Shown here: positions 1 through 10,562 of the stretch, piece by piece
How the letters are laid out: each line of letters begins with the position of its first letter
Numbering within the stretch: the stretch's first letter is position 1
Made by a program: the position numbers and the translations under genes
NCBI GenBank assembly: GCA_050230475.1
Contig: JBFLGF010000002.1
Span: 1-64,000 of the forward strand
DNA from: Ancylonema sp.
Taxonomy: Eukaryota
Reading direction: 5' to 3'
Length of the DNA: 64,000 nt
Notes under the pieces: model-generated
Seen by the model: only the letters and a program-made list of their open reading frames with translations
What the model was told of the DNA's origin: nothing
The model's database searches: none

Positions 1-311
1 CTAGCGACCGTTGCACTGCAATGAATACTTTCTGATAAACGTGTTTGTTGCTGGCTTTGTCTTGTATGGTCATAGTCCATTATCATATTTTTCATATTTG
101 TTTCTTCTGTTATCATATTTGATGATCCGTTCTAGAGCTCTGCCCCATCCGCATGAAACGAATTGGGTTCGGGTGGACGGGTGGTCGATAAGCCCGGGCC
201 GCCCGCAGGTGGGGTTCCAATCGTTGTTGGGGGTGTTCAAGCCGCGGTAGGGGGGGGGCGATCGCGGGGTACTAAGTAATAAATGAAAAAGTAAAGGAGT
301 TTTTGACAGAG

Positions 312-373
312 GAGTTTTCGCGAATAATTCGCGATTATGCTACTACATAATCGCGAATTATTCGCGAAAACTC
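312..373. repeat. Perfect 28-bp inverted repeat with 6-nt loop, rich in TCGCGA
   Basis: gagttttcgcgaataattcgcgattatg (312-339) and its exact reverse complement cataatcgcgaattattcgcgaaaactc (346-373). Confidence 0.95.
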
Positions 374-622
374 GAATTCGCGAAATCAATGAAACAAGTT
401 TTTCGTTCGTGCCTAATTCGCATCGTCAATTCCCTCGGTGAAAAGTAGGCGAGACAACTTTTTTATTCATCATGTGCCATGGTGCACGAGGATGCTCTGG
501 CCAGTACGTCCTTGAGCTCGAGACGAATTTGATTCCCTGAACGGAAAAGAAACAGAGAAGGTGAATGTCTTTGAATAAATCACAATGTTTTAGGCAATCT
601 GGCTCCACGGACTTTCGTCGAC

Positions 623-3155
623 ATGGACGCCCTGGAAGAGCTGAATGCAAAGCAGAGGGAGAAGATAGACAAACGTGAGAAAATAAGAGTTCGATTCACT
701 GGTGACCAGGACAGCGATGATGAGGAAGACAAGAGGTGACAAAGCCCAGACCTCCGCTCATTGGAACATGAGTTTCGCTGCATTGTCGGTTGTCAGAATG
801 ACTTTTCGTATACTTCCTGTACGCCCACGCTTCGTGTCACATTGAGCGAGGTGGTTGTGAAGAATTTCCTGCTCCCTCAGACTTGAACGCTACCCTTCGT
901 TTTTCTGCCTCACAGGCCAAAGCAAGCTTTATTCCCGAAAGGCAAGAAGTCGGTCCCAAGCGTGAAGGAACTTGTCGTGAATGCGGAAGGTGGACCCATT
1001 CTTGCAGCAGACCCCCGCGTGGCCGCCTTAGAAAGGGCCACGCGGCGCAAGGAGGTGGCAGAGCTCGCTGATGAAGGGGGAGGGCTGGAGGACGTGGCCG
1101 GTGCTGAGGAGGACATCGAGGTAATGTCTTCCAGAAGCTTTTAAAAGCTACCGAATTCATTCTCTAACAATTCCTATCCAGTCTGATTCGCCCCTGTCCC
1201 CTTGTATAGGCACACCCTACTGTCGATACACCTTCTTTGTCGAACCTGTGACTCACCAGGGGTATGTATGTCATGCGCGCATCTGCCAGTGGTGGGGGAA
1301 TACGAGGGTTCCAATCGTTGAGCTATCTGCCTGCAGGGAGTGGAGGAGGAGGAGGAGGCGGCGTTGGAGCCCTTTAATCTGAAGAAGGAGCGGGAGGAGG
1401 GGTTCTTTGACGCGGAGGGGAACTACGTAGAGTACAGACTCGAAAACGAAATCACGGTACGACATGCCAAGTTTCTCGGTGCTTAACTGAAAACGGTGTT
1501 CTTCTCTTCTGACTACTTCTGGGTGTCATCGTTCCGTGAAGCAAATTTGTATTGTTCTCATTTGCGTGAAGTTTTTCCCTCCTGATAATTGCAGGCGTCC
1601 AGCGGTGGTAAGTATGAGTGTATAATAAAAAAATACAAGTACATGAATGATACAATTATAATGGAAAATATCAATTTCCAAGGGATACAGCTATGGCGAG
1701 GTGTGTACAAAAATTATAGGGGGCAGATGGGCGCTTAATCGGATGGGGGGATGGGAGGATGGGAGGATGGGGGGGTCACCTCACCACATCATTCCCTTTC
1801 TGAAAAACGTTTGCGTATGACTGGTCGCAGGATGCCTGGCTGGACAATGCTGAGGTGGACACTCGGTTCGCCAGCAAGGCGGCTGAGCGGATGGCAGCCA
1901 GTGGGCAGGAGGAGGCAGAGCTGTCGGCCGCAGAAATCGCGAATGTGAAACAGCGGATCGCAGACGCTCTCCAACCGGGGGAAACGGTGAGGAGCGGAAT
2001 CGGATACACCCTCCCTCTCATGTCTCCTGCCATTCAAACAATGCAGATTCGGAATTTTTTAGAAAAGGGGGGGGATGGGAAGGGGTAAGATGCAACAGGG
2101 GGGCTGAGTGGGTGGGAGGTGGTGGTGGCAGGTGCTAGAGGGGTTGCGGAGGCTGGGGGGCACCAGCACGCAGCAGGGGAGAGGGGGGAGGGGGGGCAGA
2201 GGAGGGGGGAGGGGGGGCGCGTGGGAACGCATGCGGGCGGAATCAAAAGCCGAATTCGATAAACTGACAGAGGACGCCATGGCCTTAATGGACAAGGGGG
2301 AATATGGTGGGGAAGGGGCGGGGGGGAGTGGGGGTGAGAGGTTGCACTCAGTGGATTTTGTAGGTGATGTCAGTAGGTAGGCAGGTAGGCAGGGTAGGAC
2401 ATGAACGTGCTGATGTCAGCAAGAAAGACATGTGAGGTAGCGAGGGAGTTTGATGGGGGTGATGGAGGGGTGCAGGCGTTTATTCGGAGAAGAAGGAAAC
2501 GTTCGTGCGAGAAGCAGGTGAAGCACGCGGCACTCCAACAGCTGAAAACCTAAAAACCTGAAAACCAGAAACCTGAAAAACCTGGAAAACCTAAAAACTC
2601 TGAAAACCTGAAACCCTGAAAACCTGACACCCTGAAAACCTGAAAATCTGAAAACCTGAAAACCTGAAGACCTGAAGACCGGAACTCTGAAATTCCGGAT
2701 CTTCCGAAATCCCCGAGTCCCCAAAATCCTGAACCCCCCAAAACCCTAAAACCTACAAATGCTTGAATTGTGGATAGCCTACGGGTGTTTGTAAACCTGA
2801 CCTCCGACACTTTGAATATCACATCTGCAACTGCATCAGTCGGGGGGGGGGCGGATTGCGGTAGTGATGACCTGGCAGGGTCTGTGTGCGAATCCTGGCA
2901 GGGTGAATAAAAACGTTGTGTGTGTGGAGGAGACGATCAACTGATGGATGTGAAACCATGTGTGTGCTTTCATGTCATGTTTACGTTGTTCAGGGAGGTC
3001 TATCACACACATCCACAAAACTTTAACCAGTTGTTCGTACTCGTTCTCATATTCAAGCACGCATGACTTGTGTATTTGAATACACACATACAATAATAAA
3101 ACAAGTCTTCGAAATGTTTACATCTGATGTGACTCACACATACACGCACATGTAC

Positions 3156-3216
<61 letters not shown>

Positions 3217-3297
3217 TTTATGTATTCATATATTCATATATTTATATATTTATATATTTATATATACATATATATACATATATATATATACATATAC

Positions 3298-3347
<50 letters not shown>

Positions 3348-3416
3348 TTATGTATATACATATTTATATATATATATATATTTATATATATTCATATATT
3401 TATATATTTATATATT

Positions 3417-3448
<32 letters not shown>

Positions 3449-3520
3449 TATACATATACATATATGTATTTATGTATATTTATATTTATATACATGTGTA
3501 TATATATATATATATACATA

Positions 3521-3551
<31 letters not shown>

Positions 3552-4774
3552 GTGTACATATACATGTGTATATATATGTGTATATACATGTGTACATCAA
3601 TACACATATCATGCACGCATGGAGTGTATGTTGCATCATCATCATCATCATCCGTACAATCGTAGATGAGGGGTACCACGCTCTGGCAAGGGCGCGTGCC
3701 GCCCCATCCTCGGGGGGGGGCGACATGTTTGCATCGGACGAAGATGAACCCACGGAGCCGCCAGCTAAGAGGCAGGCCAGGGAGGCACTGCCAGGTGGCA
3801 ATCAAGCGGAAGCACTCCAACCGGGGGAAACGGTGAGGAGCGGAATCGGATACACCCTCCCTCTCATGTCTCCTGCCATTCAAACAATGCAGATTCGGAA
3901 TTTTTTAGAAAAGGGGGGGGATGGGAAGGGGTAAGATGCAACAGGGGGGCTGAGTGGGTGGGAGGTGGTGGTGGCAGGTGCTAGAGGGGTTGCGGAGGCT
4001 GGGGGGCACCAGCACGCAGCAGGGGAGAGGGGGGAGGGGGGGCAGAGGAGGGGGGAGGGGGGGCGCGTGGGAACGCATGCGGGCGGAATCAAAAGCCGAA
4101 TTCGATAAACTGACAGAGGACGCCATGGCCTTAATGGACAAGGGGGAATATGGTGGGGAAGGGGCGGGGGGGAGTGGGGGTGAGAGGTTGCACTCAGTGG
4201 ATTTTGTAGGTGATGTCAGTAGGTAGGCAGGTAGGCAGGGTAGGACATGAACGTGCTGATGTCAGCAAGAAAGACATGTGAGGTAGCGAGGGAGTTTGAT
4301 GGGGGTGATGGAGGGGTGCAGGCGTTTATTCGGAGAAGAAGGAAACGTTCGTGCGAGAAGCAGGTGAAGCACGCGGCACTCCAACAGCTGAAAACCTAAA
4401 AACCTGAAAACCAGAAACCTGAAAAACCTGGAAAACCTAAAAACTCTGAAAACCTGAAACCCTGAAAACCTGACACCCTGAAAACCTGAAAATCTGAAAA
4501 CCTGAAAACCTGAAGACCTGAAGACCGGAACTCTGAAATTCCGGATCTTCCGAAATCCCCGAGTCCCCAAAATCCTGAACCCCCCAAAACCCTAAAACCT
4601 ACAAATGCTTGAATTGTGGATAGCCTACGGGTGTTTGTAAACCTGACCTCCGACACTTTGAATATCACATCTGCAACTGCATCAGTCGGGGGGGGGGCGG
4701 ATTGCGGTAGTGATGACCTGGCAGGGTCTGTGTGCGAATCCTGGCAGGGTGAATAAAAACGTTGTGTGTGTGGA

Positions 4775-4835
<61 letters not shown>

Positions 4836-4916
4836 TTTATGTATTCATATATTCATATATTTATATATTTATATATTTATATATACATATATATACATAT
4901 ATATATATACATATAC

Positions 4917-4966
<50 letters not shown>

Positions 4967-5035
4967 TTATGTATATACATATTTATATATATATATATAT
5001 TTATATATATTCATATATTTATATATTTATATATT

Positions 5036-5067
<32 letters not shown>

Positions 5068-5139
5068 TATACATATACATATATGTATTTATGTATATTT
5101 ATATTTATATACATGTGTATATATATATATATATACATA

Positions 5140-5170
<31 letters not shown>

Positions 5171-6102
5171 GTGTACATATACATGTGTATATATATGTGT
5201 ATATACATGTGTACATCAATACACATATCATGCACGCATGGAGTGTATGTTGCATCATCATCATCATCATCCGTACAATCGTAGATGAGGGGTACCACGC
5301 TCTGGCAAGGGCGCGTGCCGCCCCATCCTCGGGGGGGGGCGACATGTTTGCATCGGACGAAGATGAACCCACGGAGCCGCCAGCTAAGAGGCAGGCCAGG
5401 GAGGCACTGCCAGGTGGCAATCAAGCGGAAGCAAGGGAGGGGGGTAATGGGGCAGCAGCAGGGGCTGCGAATGGAGGTGAGGGTGACAGGTGGTGGATAT
5501 TCGGAAGCTGGAATTTTGTCTCATTCACTGCGGTCAGTCTCACATGGTAATTGAATCTGGTGGTTGAATCGATTGCTGGCGAAGTGTATTCTCTTATACA
5601 CATTCTGCGTCTATAAGAGATACCTCTGTGCGCACTGCACACGAGGCAGGGTGGGAGTGACAAGGGGGGGCTGGGGGGCTGGAGGTGTATCATCAGAACC
5701 GCCTTCCTCGTTTGTGTGGGATCAAACTTCCGGGTAAGTCCCTCTCTCTCTCTCTCTCTCCTCTCTCCTCTGTCCTCTGTCCAAGTGGGCCATCACTGCA
5801 AGGCTGATGTGAGGGTTCTGGGTTCAGATACCACTACAATGCGGAGACGGGGTATTACTACGACGGGGCATCGGGACTGTTCGGGAATGCAACGACTGGG
5901 CAGTGGTGAGAGTGGGACGTGGGTCTTCTACGGATTTTTGAGGGGGAAAGGGGGGAAGGGGTGAGGTTTTGGTAGAGTCAGTGTCTGTTCAGAAAGTTGG
6001 TCCTCGCTTGTTTCGGCTGAAGGGAAGTGTGGGGGGATGGCATTCAGGTACCGATACGAGGAAGGCACAGGGGTGTATACAGAGGCCACTCCTACAGGCT
6101 GA
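623..6102 (+). CDS. CD2BP2: CD2BP2/U5-52K (LIN1-like) splicing factor with C-terminal OCRE-like aromatic repeats; multi-exon; contains an internal tandem duplication
   Basis: Spliced exons read MDALEELN...FPKGKK...[13 protein letters not shown]...[23 protein letters not shown]...DAWLDN...[14 protein letters not shown]...[17 protein letters not shown]...DMFASDED...[38 protein letters not shown] (TGA 6100-6102). These motifs match plant CD2BP2-related proteins; GT-AG junctions at 735/916, 1120, 1986, 2517. Confidence 0.85.
2543..2757 (+). repeat. Degenerate telomere-like (CCCTAAA/CCTGAAA) intronic array; second copy at about 4389-4603
   Basis: Runs of aaaacctgaaaacc/aaaccctaaaacc. Confidence 0.85.
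3157..3600. repeat. Compound (AT)n/(ATAC)n microsatellite in intron; second copy at about 4777-5220
   Basis: Directly visible; it produces the spurious YI-repeat ORFs. Confidence 0.95.
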
Positions 6103-6552
6103 CCAAAAAGGAGGGAAGTGGATGAGGGAGGTGCAAGGGGAGGGAAGAGAGGGTTGGAGTATACACGTGTGTGGCGCACACTCCACTTGTGTGGACATGT
6201 GCGTAAGGCGCCACAAGTGGTAGGAATAGGGGTAGGTGCCATGGAAGGCAGCACATGAGGCTGTACAGATGAATGAGTGGTGGCTTCTACCTTCAGTGAC
6301 GATACGTCCCTGAATCGTTTTTGTACAAAATATGCAAAATATGCTGCAACAGGAGGCAGCAGAATGACATTGTGGAGGTGTGAGGTTAGTGTCCAAGCGG
6401 GACCACAAACTGAAGTCTACGCACTGTAGGGAGTCATCCACTTGTTCTGCGCAACTGTTTCGATACAAAAATTGCACCTTGGTTCCCAGCATTGGGTCCA
6501 ACTTCATCGACTGATAACTGTGCAATCGCCCTTCCTCATCACTATCTACTCT

Positions 6553-9500
6553 TTACACCTGTGGGCGTGAGCTCGTTCCGTTCTTGCCCGCCTGCTTTTT
6601 GCGCAAATACGTCCTCAGATGCTCTCGAGCCTTCTCTTCCACTTCCTGTCTAACAGGTTCCGTTAAAAACAATTCATTTTTTTCGAGCAAGCGTTGCAAC
6701 TCAGCCACTCGCTGCTCCTCCCCCTCCGCGTCTCCTGAGACCATCTCTCCGTCCTCCCCCGTGAACATATTCACCTTCTCCTCGAACTCTTCCTCGGACC
6801 AATCCAAGAATGACGCTGCACGGGGGGTCAACAACAGACAATGCGTGCAAACTCAATTGCATCACAGACAGACGATGCGAATCTCCATTTGAAGAAAAAC
6901 AATCGGTAGCAATCTCTCTCCATGCAATGTATACTCTTCTGGCATTTCATCCCTCCAAGCGATGCAGCCGCCTTCCTCTCCCTCCGCACCCCACATCTTT
7001 CTATCTCTCTATGTTGTCATCATGTCGGTACAGTAGGGGTGCAGAGCGCAGTTGTGACCTGTTTTTAAATCCTGAAACCACGCCGAGTCTCCAGAGGGCA
7101 CATCCATCTCACTCCCCTTCCCCACCATTGCCGCCCGCACCTTCGCTACCTGCAGCCCCCCAGCCCCCCCACCCCATTCGCAGTCACATGCACCGTCCAA
7201 CACATGACTTTCCGGTGTGAGTGCCATCTGAAGCCCTTGCTGTACTGCCATCGAATCCGATTCGTGACTGACCAGTAGATTCGACAGAGAGGCGTCACAG
7301 GCAAAGTGTGCAAACTCCTCCTCCCCTTGCCCCTCCCTCTCCCCCTCCACTTGCGCCGCATCAGCCTCATGGAAGAAGATCGCCAGCTGGACCACAGCAG
7401 GCTCGCTCACAAAATGCGCGTACCTGCCACACATTATTGCCGATACTTCTGCCCCTCATTTCTGCCGTCAGTCCCGCTGCCTCCCTCCCCCACCCGGGTG
7501 CGAAACTCACTTGTGGTATTCTTCATACATTTTGGCCCCGTGCTCCCATCCCAGCCGCCTGCCTTCCAGCCTCCCCCACCACCTCCTCGTTGCCTCCTCC
7601 CCAACCCCCACCCGCCCCATGAGCCCCACCCATCGAACCCACATGGGATGGTGCCCTCCTCTGGCCTGCTGCCAGGTGTCAACTCTGGGTGCTGCTCTCT
7701 CTGTGAGCATGCCCCACGCCTCCTCCACCTGAGCAGCCGTCTCCTCCCGACTCCCCCCGTTGTACACCAACAGATCGCCCATGCCCACTCTCTCCGCACC
7801 GCCCATCTGCCAGGGGGCGACCGCGCTTCCGCCTCTCATTTCCTGCCACATGCCTGCCTGCCTTCCCGAATCGCACCAGGGATCGGATTCGCTGCCCCGC
7901 CTCCTCCTCACTCCACCCGTTCCTGTCCCACAGCCGTTGCTTCACCACTCCCTCCGCCGCAAAGACCACCCACACCTCGTCCATCTCCGCGTCAGACCCT
8001 GCCTCCAGCATCAGCGCAGCCTCAGCCACACAGATGTGGACGCCCGCCTGGCCGAGAGCCTCCCGCTGCTCCACCACTAGCTGCCGGACAGCTGGCCACA
8101 CGATCCCAGTCAGGCGCCGCATCCTGGCGGTGTCCGAAAAGACGATGGCACCCAGAGCCGGGCGGTCGATGCTGCCGTCTGCTCGCACAACGGAGTCAGT
8201 GGCCCCTCCTGTCTCCCCCCCCCACCTCGCCACCCGAAGTGGGCCCCACCTTGTTTCCGGATGGTCGGTCCGAAGGCCTCCATGAGCGCTGTGTACGTGG
8301 GAGTGCCCCTCTCGTAGCTGCGGTGGGCGAGGGAGTCGCAGTCCACCACGGCCGCCCCTCTGTGCCGCAGCAGGGAGCACACGCTGGACTTGCCGCAGGC
8401 GATGCCACCTGTCAAACCGATCATGAAGGGGGGGCAGCGCAAGGGGCCCGAAGGCGCACGCTGCCTGTCTGGCCTGCGCAGGGGGGAGGAGGAGGAGGAT
8501 GTAGGGTGTGAGGCATCCGGACTCACTCCCTATAGGCACACTCATGGCTTCCGCATGATACCATACCTTGGTGAGAAGGTGGCGAGATCTTCGTGGCGTA
8601 AGTGAGAGGAGCTGAGCTTGGCATCCCCGTTCCCCTCCATGCCCCTCTGCCTGGCCCCGCCCAGTGTGTCGATCACCACCACCTGCAAGATCCGGGAGCA
8701 GTCGTCGGAAAGGATGGGAGTTGAACCACTCACCGACAGTGCCCCACACGTACAGCCTCCATCATTTTTATCATCATACATAACTTTTTTTTTTCTTTCA
8801 ATAAAATAAAAAATTAATGTGATCTAATTTTTTTCCACCTGCTCAACTTTTCTACCCCCATGTCAGCTGTTGATGGGGGAGGACCTGACCTTTAATACTT
8901 GGACCCCGTTCTTCCTCCTCGCCTCATTCAGTTTGTGCGCTCCTGCCTCCGTTTCTGAGCTCACGACAACGCAGTCCAGGGAGGCATCGCTTGATCCCCG
9001 CGCAGGCGCCGCTGCAGTGATGGGCACCACCTGCAGCCGCAGGTTGGGGAGGCTGGGCCCATCCCCACATACCGCAACAAAGTCCTCTACCCCTTGGACG
9101 CGGATCTCGTAGGGCTCGATGAGCTGCAGGGAGGTCCTTATGCCTTATGAGAGGCAATCTCGGCAGAATGGCGCAGAGGCGGGCACTCACTTCTGCCAGA
9201 TATTTGTTCGCCAAAAGCACCCCTGTCGAGATTCCCACGACCAGGAGGCCCCCAGGGGCCACGGATTGCACGGCACTTCGGAGAAGCAGCCTGTGGCCGT
9301 CATGGAGTCGGTCGAAAGTGCCGCCCACGACGACGCCGTGGTACTTGCTGACGTCGCGATTCATTGGTTGTGCTATAACGGGAGGCAGGGAACGAACGGC
9401 ACTGCGTCTCGGAAGTGTTCAATTGAGAGAAGTTTTGTGGAAATGGACGTGGCAGATTTGTTCGATCGATCACTGGACAGATCCGGATGACTGCTGAAGG

Positions 9501-10258
9501 GTCAGTGGTCTCTGAATGCCGACAGTAAAGGTGTCGCTGCAGTACCTGAGGGGCGAATGAAATGGTTGTCGTCACTTGCTGAGATGAATCTTTGGCCCAC
9601 AGCCTGACAAAGACAGGAACAAAATCGTGTTTTCAAATCTGAAATGCAGTAAAGTGGTAATTATCATACTTGCGATGATGGATGTCGCAGCCTGCATCAA
9701 CAAAAATGCGCCTCCGTTGAATTTCGCAAACTTAATTTGTCGTTGAAGGATGTATGCAGGTTATTACCTTCTGGGTACAGCGGGGGATGCAGGTTGCAGG
9801 TAATGTAGCACTGCGATGACGTCGCTCTTGGTTCTGTGTAAAAAATAAATTTCTCCATTGACTAAAAGATGGAGATGAACAGCACCATACGTGAAGCATT
9901 ACCACTAGGATAAGTGAGAGAATACGACGTCGAATATCATATGTTTCTCATGTTTTGATGAGTATCAAACAATCAGTCATCACACACCGGCGCTTCTGGA
10001 GTTGTTACATTAGTGCAGAAGCATTTGTGAGGGATACAGTTGGCGATGGGATTCACATCCCATCGATATTACGCTGTTGGAGGAGGGATTCCGCTTTCCT
10101 CTTTGCCGGAGCAGCTTTTGTCGTGATGTCTCCTAGAACCGCTCGGTCGTCAAGTCAGTTCAGTACTGAAGTTCAAGCTGAGCGCACACGTGACGTAATT
10201 GGCCAGGGCGATCAGTATTTGTGAGTCTGCACGCTTTTTGACGGTCTGCGATTGCATG
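6553..10258 (-). CDS. COASY: Bifunctional coenzyme A synthase (phosphopantetheine adenylyltransferase + dephospho-CoA kinase) with C-terminal degenerate HD-phosphohydrolase-like (COG4339-like) domain; 5' start uncertain
   Basis: PPAT: VVGGTFDRLHDGHRLLL...LIEPYEIRV...CVVVSSET...KLSSSHLR. A phase-2 intron (about 8564-8465) joins this to the DPCK part: MIGLTGGIACGKSSV...DCDSLAH...SIDRPALGAIVF...RLTGIVWP...EAALMLEAG...DEVWVV...RIRS. The frame continues into RWVGLMGRVGVGEEATRRWWGRL...VQLAIFFHEAD...RVAELQRLLEKNELFLTEPVRQEVEEKAREHL, stop at 6553. Confidence 0.85.
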
Positions 10259-10562
10259 GAAGTCTTGGTCAACGCTATAGATGCAATCGCGAACCGCCAC
10301 CTGACTGAGTCAGCATGAGGTGGCGAGACTGCGGGCGAAGGTGTCCGGGGGATACGGGCGAATTTACACGTCTTTTTCACTTCACCTCGCCTTTTCGTTG
10401 TTGTGGCGCCATTCTACCTACATCTATCTTTAAAAAAACCGGAATCTTTCGTCTTTCCGGTTTGCTTGAGTAATTTACGCAAACCTTGGCAGACGCTTGA
10501 CCTGGAGCTCCTTATTCCCACCAAAAAATCGAAAGCTGCAAACATCTGTTGTGGTATTAGGA

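Larger units (their letters stand above)
1969..5433 (+). repeat. Intragenic tandem duplication: unit 1 1969-3814, unit 2 3815-5433 (unit 2 lacks about 2931-3157)
   Basis: Identical ORFs at offset 1846 (2034/3880, 2108/3954, 2416/4262), then at offset 1619 (3400/5019). Confidence 0.95.

Noticed and set aside
241..277. Helitron-like 3' end (ccgcg..cgcgg hairpin followed by ctaag)
   Set aside because: Weak hairpin, non-canonical terminus, and the 5' end would lie outside the window.
3063..5550. Long Tyr/Ile-rich ORFs (also at 15206-15617 and 30274-30722)
   Set aside because: They are translations of (AT)n microsatellites inside introns.
7306..8511. 401-aa Pro-rich plus-strand ORF
   Set aside because: Antisense shadow of GC-rich COASY exons; no recognisable domain.
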